Shown piece after piece: positions 62,050 to 64,000 of a stretch of DNA of 64,000 nucleotides. Each line of letters starts with the position of its first letter. Within the stretch, counting starts at the first letter, position 1. The notes below the pieces were generated by a model. The model was not told the origin of the DNA and did no database searches. It saw only the letters and a program-made list of their open reading frames with translations. This DNA comes from an uncultured Gemmatimonadales bacterium (GTDB taxonomy: Bacteria; Gemmatimonadota; Gemmatimonadetes; Gemmatimonadales; GWC2-71-9). The translations under genes and the position numbers were made by a program. The stretch lies in contig CAVSLV010000001.1 of NCBI GenBank assembly GCA_963728915.1, positions 192,001 through 256,000 on the forward strand. Direction: 5' to 3'.

Positions 62050-63324
62050 ATGGACGTGATCATTGTCGGCGCCGGGGTGGCGGGTCTCGCCGCCCTGGAC
62101 CGCCTGTGGGCCGCGGGAGTACGACCCCTCGTGCTCGAGGCCCGCGACCGGATCGGGGGTCGGGTCCTGACCCGGCGGGCCGGCCAATTTCCCGTCGATC
62201 TCGGTCCCGAGTGGCTCGATGGCGCCGGAGTGGTCCGGCACCTTCTGGATGAGCGCGGAATCCCCCTGGTCGAGAGCGAAGGCCGATTCTGGGTTCGGAG
62301 CCGCGATGGTCTGGCCGAGGCGGGGGGGCCATACGACCGCAAGCTGCTCCGAAGACTCCGGGGAGCCGGCGGACCCGATCGACCCCTGGCGCGGGCTCTT
62401 CGAGGCTGTTGCGGCGACCCGCGGTGGAGTGGCGAGGTCCACCGGCTCCGGCGCTACGTGGAGGGATTCCATGCCGCGGATCCCGAACGGGTCGGACTTC
62501 GCTGGTTCCTCGAAACCGAAGCCCATCAATCCGCCATGGATTCGTCGTACCGGGCCCCGGCCGGGTGCGGAAGCGTGATCGAAGCGCTGGCCGTTCCCGG
62601 CGCCGGGATCCGGCAGGGGGTGGCGGTCCGGGAAATCCGCTGGAGGCGCGGAAGGGTGCGGGTTAGGGCAGAGACCGGGGAGGGACCCCGCGTCTGGGAA
62701 GCGGAGAAGGTTCTGGTCACCGTGCCGGCGTCGTTGCTGGCGCTCACCCGGGGCAGGGGACGGATGCGATTCGTTCCCGAGCCTCCCGGCAAGCGGTCCG
62801 CGCTGGACCGGCTGATCACCGGAGCGGTGCACAAGGTGATGCTGGTGTTCGATCGCCCGTTCTGGGAGGAGATCGATCCGTTCCGCGACCTGCTCATGGT
62901 GTTCGCGGTGGACCAGGTCTTTCCGACCTGGTGGACCATGCGCCCGGTCCGGGCGCCCTGCCTGGCCGGCTGGGTGGGCGGCCCCGATGCCGCCCGGCTT
63001 CAGGGCCTGACCCCGGGCGCCCGGCTCGACCTGGCGGTCGGCTCGCTCGCGGCCGGGTTAGGATTGCCGCGCCGCGAGATCGAATCCCGGCTGACCAGCT
63101 GGCACGAGCACGACTGGCAGGCGGACCCCTGGAGTCGCGGCGCCTACACCTACGTCCGGCCGGGCGGGATCGACGCCTGGAAGCGGCTGGGCCGCCCGGT
63201 GCAGGGAACCTTGTTCTTCGCGGGGGAAGCGACCGCGGCCCACGGTTTCAACGCCACGGTCGAGGGGGCCCTGGCGACCGGGCGACGAGCCGCCCGGGAG
63301 ATCCTGGGCGACCCGGATTATTGA
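62050..63324 (+). CDS. Flavin monoamine oxidase family protein
   Basis: [34 protein letters not shown]. Confidence 0.9.
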   Translation: MDVIIVGAGVAGLAALDRLWAAGVRPLVLEARDRIGGRVLTRRAGQFPVDLGPEWLDGAGVVRHLLDERGIPLVESEGRFWVRSRDGLAEAGGPYDRKLLRRLRGAGGPDRPLARALRGCCGDPRWSGEVHRLRRYVEGFHAADPERVGLRWFLETEAHQSAMDSSYRAPAGCGSVIEALAVPGAGIRQGVAVREIRWRRGRVRVRAETGEGPRVWEAEKVLVTVPASLLALTRGRGRMRFVPEPPGKRSALDRLITGAVHKVMLVFDRPFWEEIDPFRDLLMVFAVDQVFPTWWTMRPVRAPCLAGWVGGPDAARLQGLTPGARLDLAVGSLAAGLGLPRREIESRLTSWHEHDWQADPWSRGAYTYVRPGGIDAWKRLGRPVQGTLFFAGEATAAHGFNATVEGALATGRRAAREILGDPDY

Positions 63325-64000
63325 AGCGGAGTCTTCGCGACGAAATCGTACAGGGTGGAGCGGCGCAGCCGGAAATACGCCAGCCAGTAGCCCCGCAGCG
63401 CCTGGACCGACGCCGCCAGGGCCTGATCCTTCTCCGATTGCGCCACGAACAGGTTGTCGAGCTGGATCCTGCCGATGATGTAGCGGTTCAGGGCGACCTC
63501 GAATCGCTTGCCCGCCACCGTGTCCGCCTTGGACGCGATCACGAGGGTCCGGCGAGCCTGATCCAGGCCCAGCGCCGCGAAGTGGGCTTCCTGGATGAGC
63601 TGTAGCCGGCTCAGCTCGGCCTGGCTCTCGGCGCGCTCCAGGTCCGCCTTGGCGGCCGCGACGGTCCCGGCGTGGGCGCCCCATTGCCAGAGCGGTAGCT
63701 GGAGCGCCAGCGAGAATTGCCGCGCCTCCAGCAGGTTGGCATAGGCGAGCCTCCGCTCCGGCCCCGTGGCGTTGAACCCGTAGCTCGCCGTGAGCGCGGC
63801 GCCGGCCCAGTTGCTGAGCCGAGCCTCGGTGACTCTCCGATTGGCCTGGACCTCCTGAAGCGCGACCTCGCTCACGCTGGCCCGGTTGCGGAGCGCCTCG
63901 GCGACCGCAACGGCGGTATCGGCGTCGACCGCCGGGACATCGCCCGTCACCCGGATGGCAACAGGGGCACTGGCCGGCAGGCCGACAGCGATCCGGAGCG
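63318..64000 (-). CDS. TolC-family outer membrane efflux protein, C-terminal part (runs off window end)
   Basis: [31 protein letters not shown] helical OEP pattern. Confidence 0.8.
   Translation of the reverse strand, partial: LRIAVGLPASAPVAIRVTGDVPAVDADTAVAVAEALRNRASVSEVALQEVQANRRVTEARLSNWAGAALTASYGFNATGPERRLAYANLLEARQFSLALQLPLWQWGAHAGTVAAAKADLERAESQAELSRLQLIQEAHFAALGLDQARRTLVIASKADTVAGKRFEVALNRYIIGRIQLDNLFVAQSEKDQALAASVQALRGYWLAYFRLRRSTLYDFVAKTPLQ

Overview
High-GC bacterial chromosome segment. Gene content (repeated eukaryote-like Ser/Thr kinases, secreted beta-propellers, Minf_1886, M28/S9 peptidases) suggests Gemmatimonadota; this is inference. 1-14.3 kb is housekeeping: valS, thrS, thiolase-CPBP-hbd, rpiB-glyA, nnr-thiL-plsC-eno-ftsB. 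Next come a GH15 glucoamylase, an amidase-iorAB operon and a tRNA-CAT. Directly after the tRNA is a compact RiPP-like operon: a 34-aa Lys-rich Cys/Ser/Thr peptide, an APH-like kinase, a HopA1-like lyase and a stand-alone LanC cyclase (class V lanthipeptide architecture). 25-40 kb is an accessory tract of three Ser/Thr kinases interleaved with two toxin-antitoxin-like pairs, proteases and a two-domain multicopper oxidase. The remainder is metabolic and transport genes. Two DNA-level signals stand out: a 9-mer CCTAAC[C/A]CG found 16 times inside ORFs in several frames and both orientations, and inverted 8/9-mer tandem arrays at three intergenic sites, one enclosing a decayed four-helix-bundle gene. 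Many genes carry single frameshifts, probably sequencing or assembly indels. All product calls come from motif recognition, not database searches.
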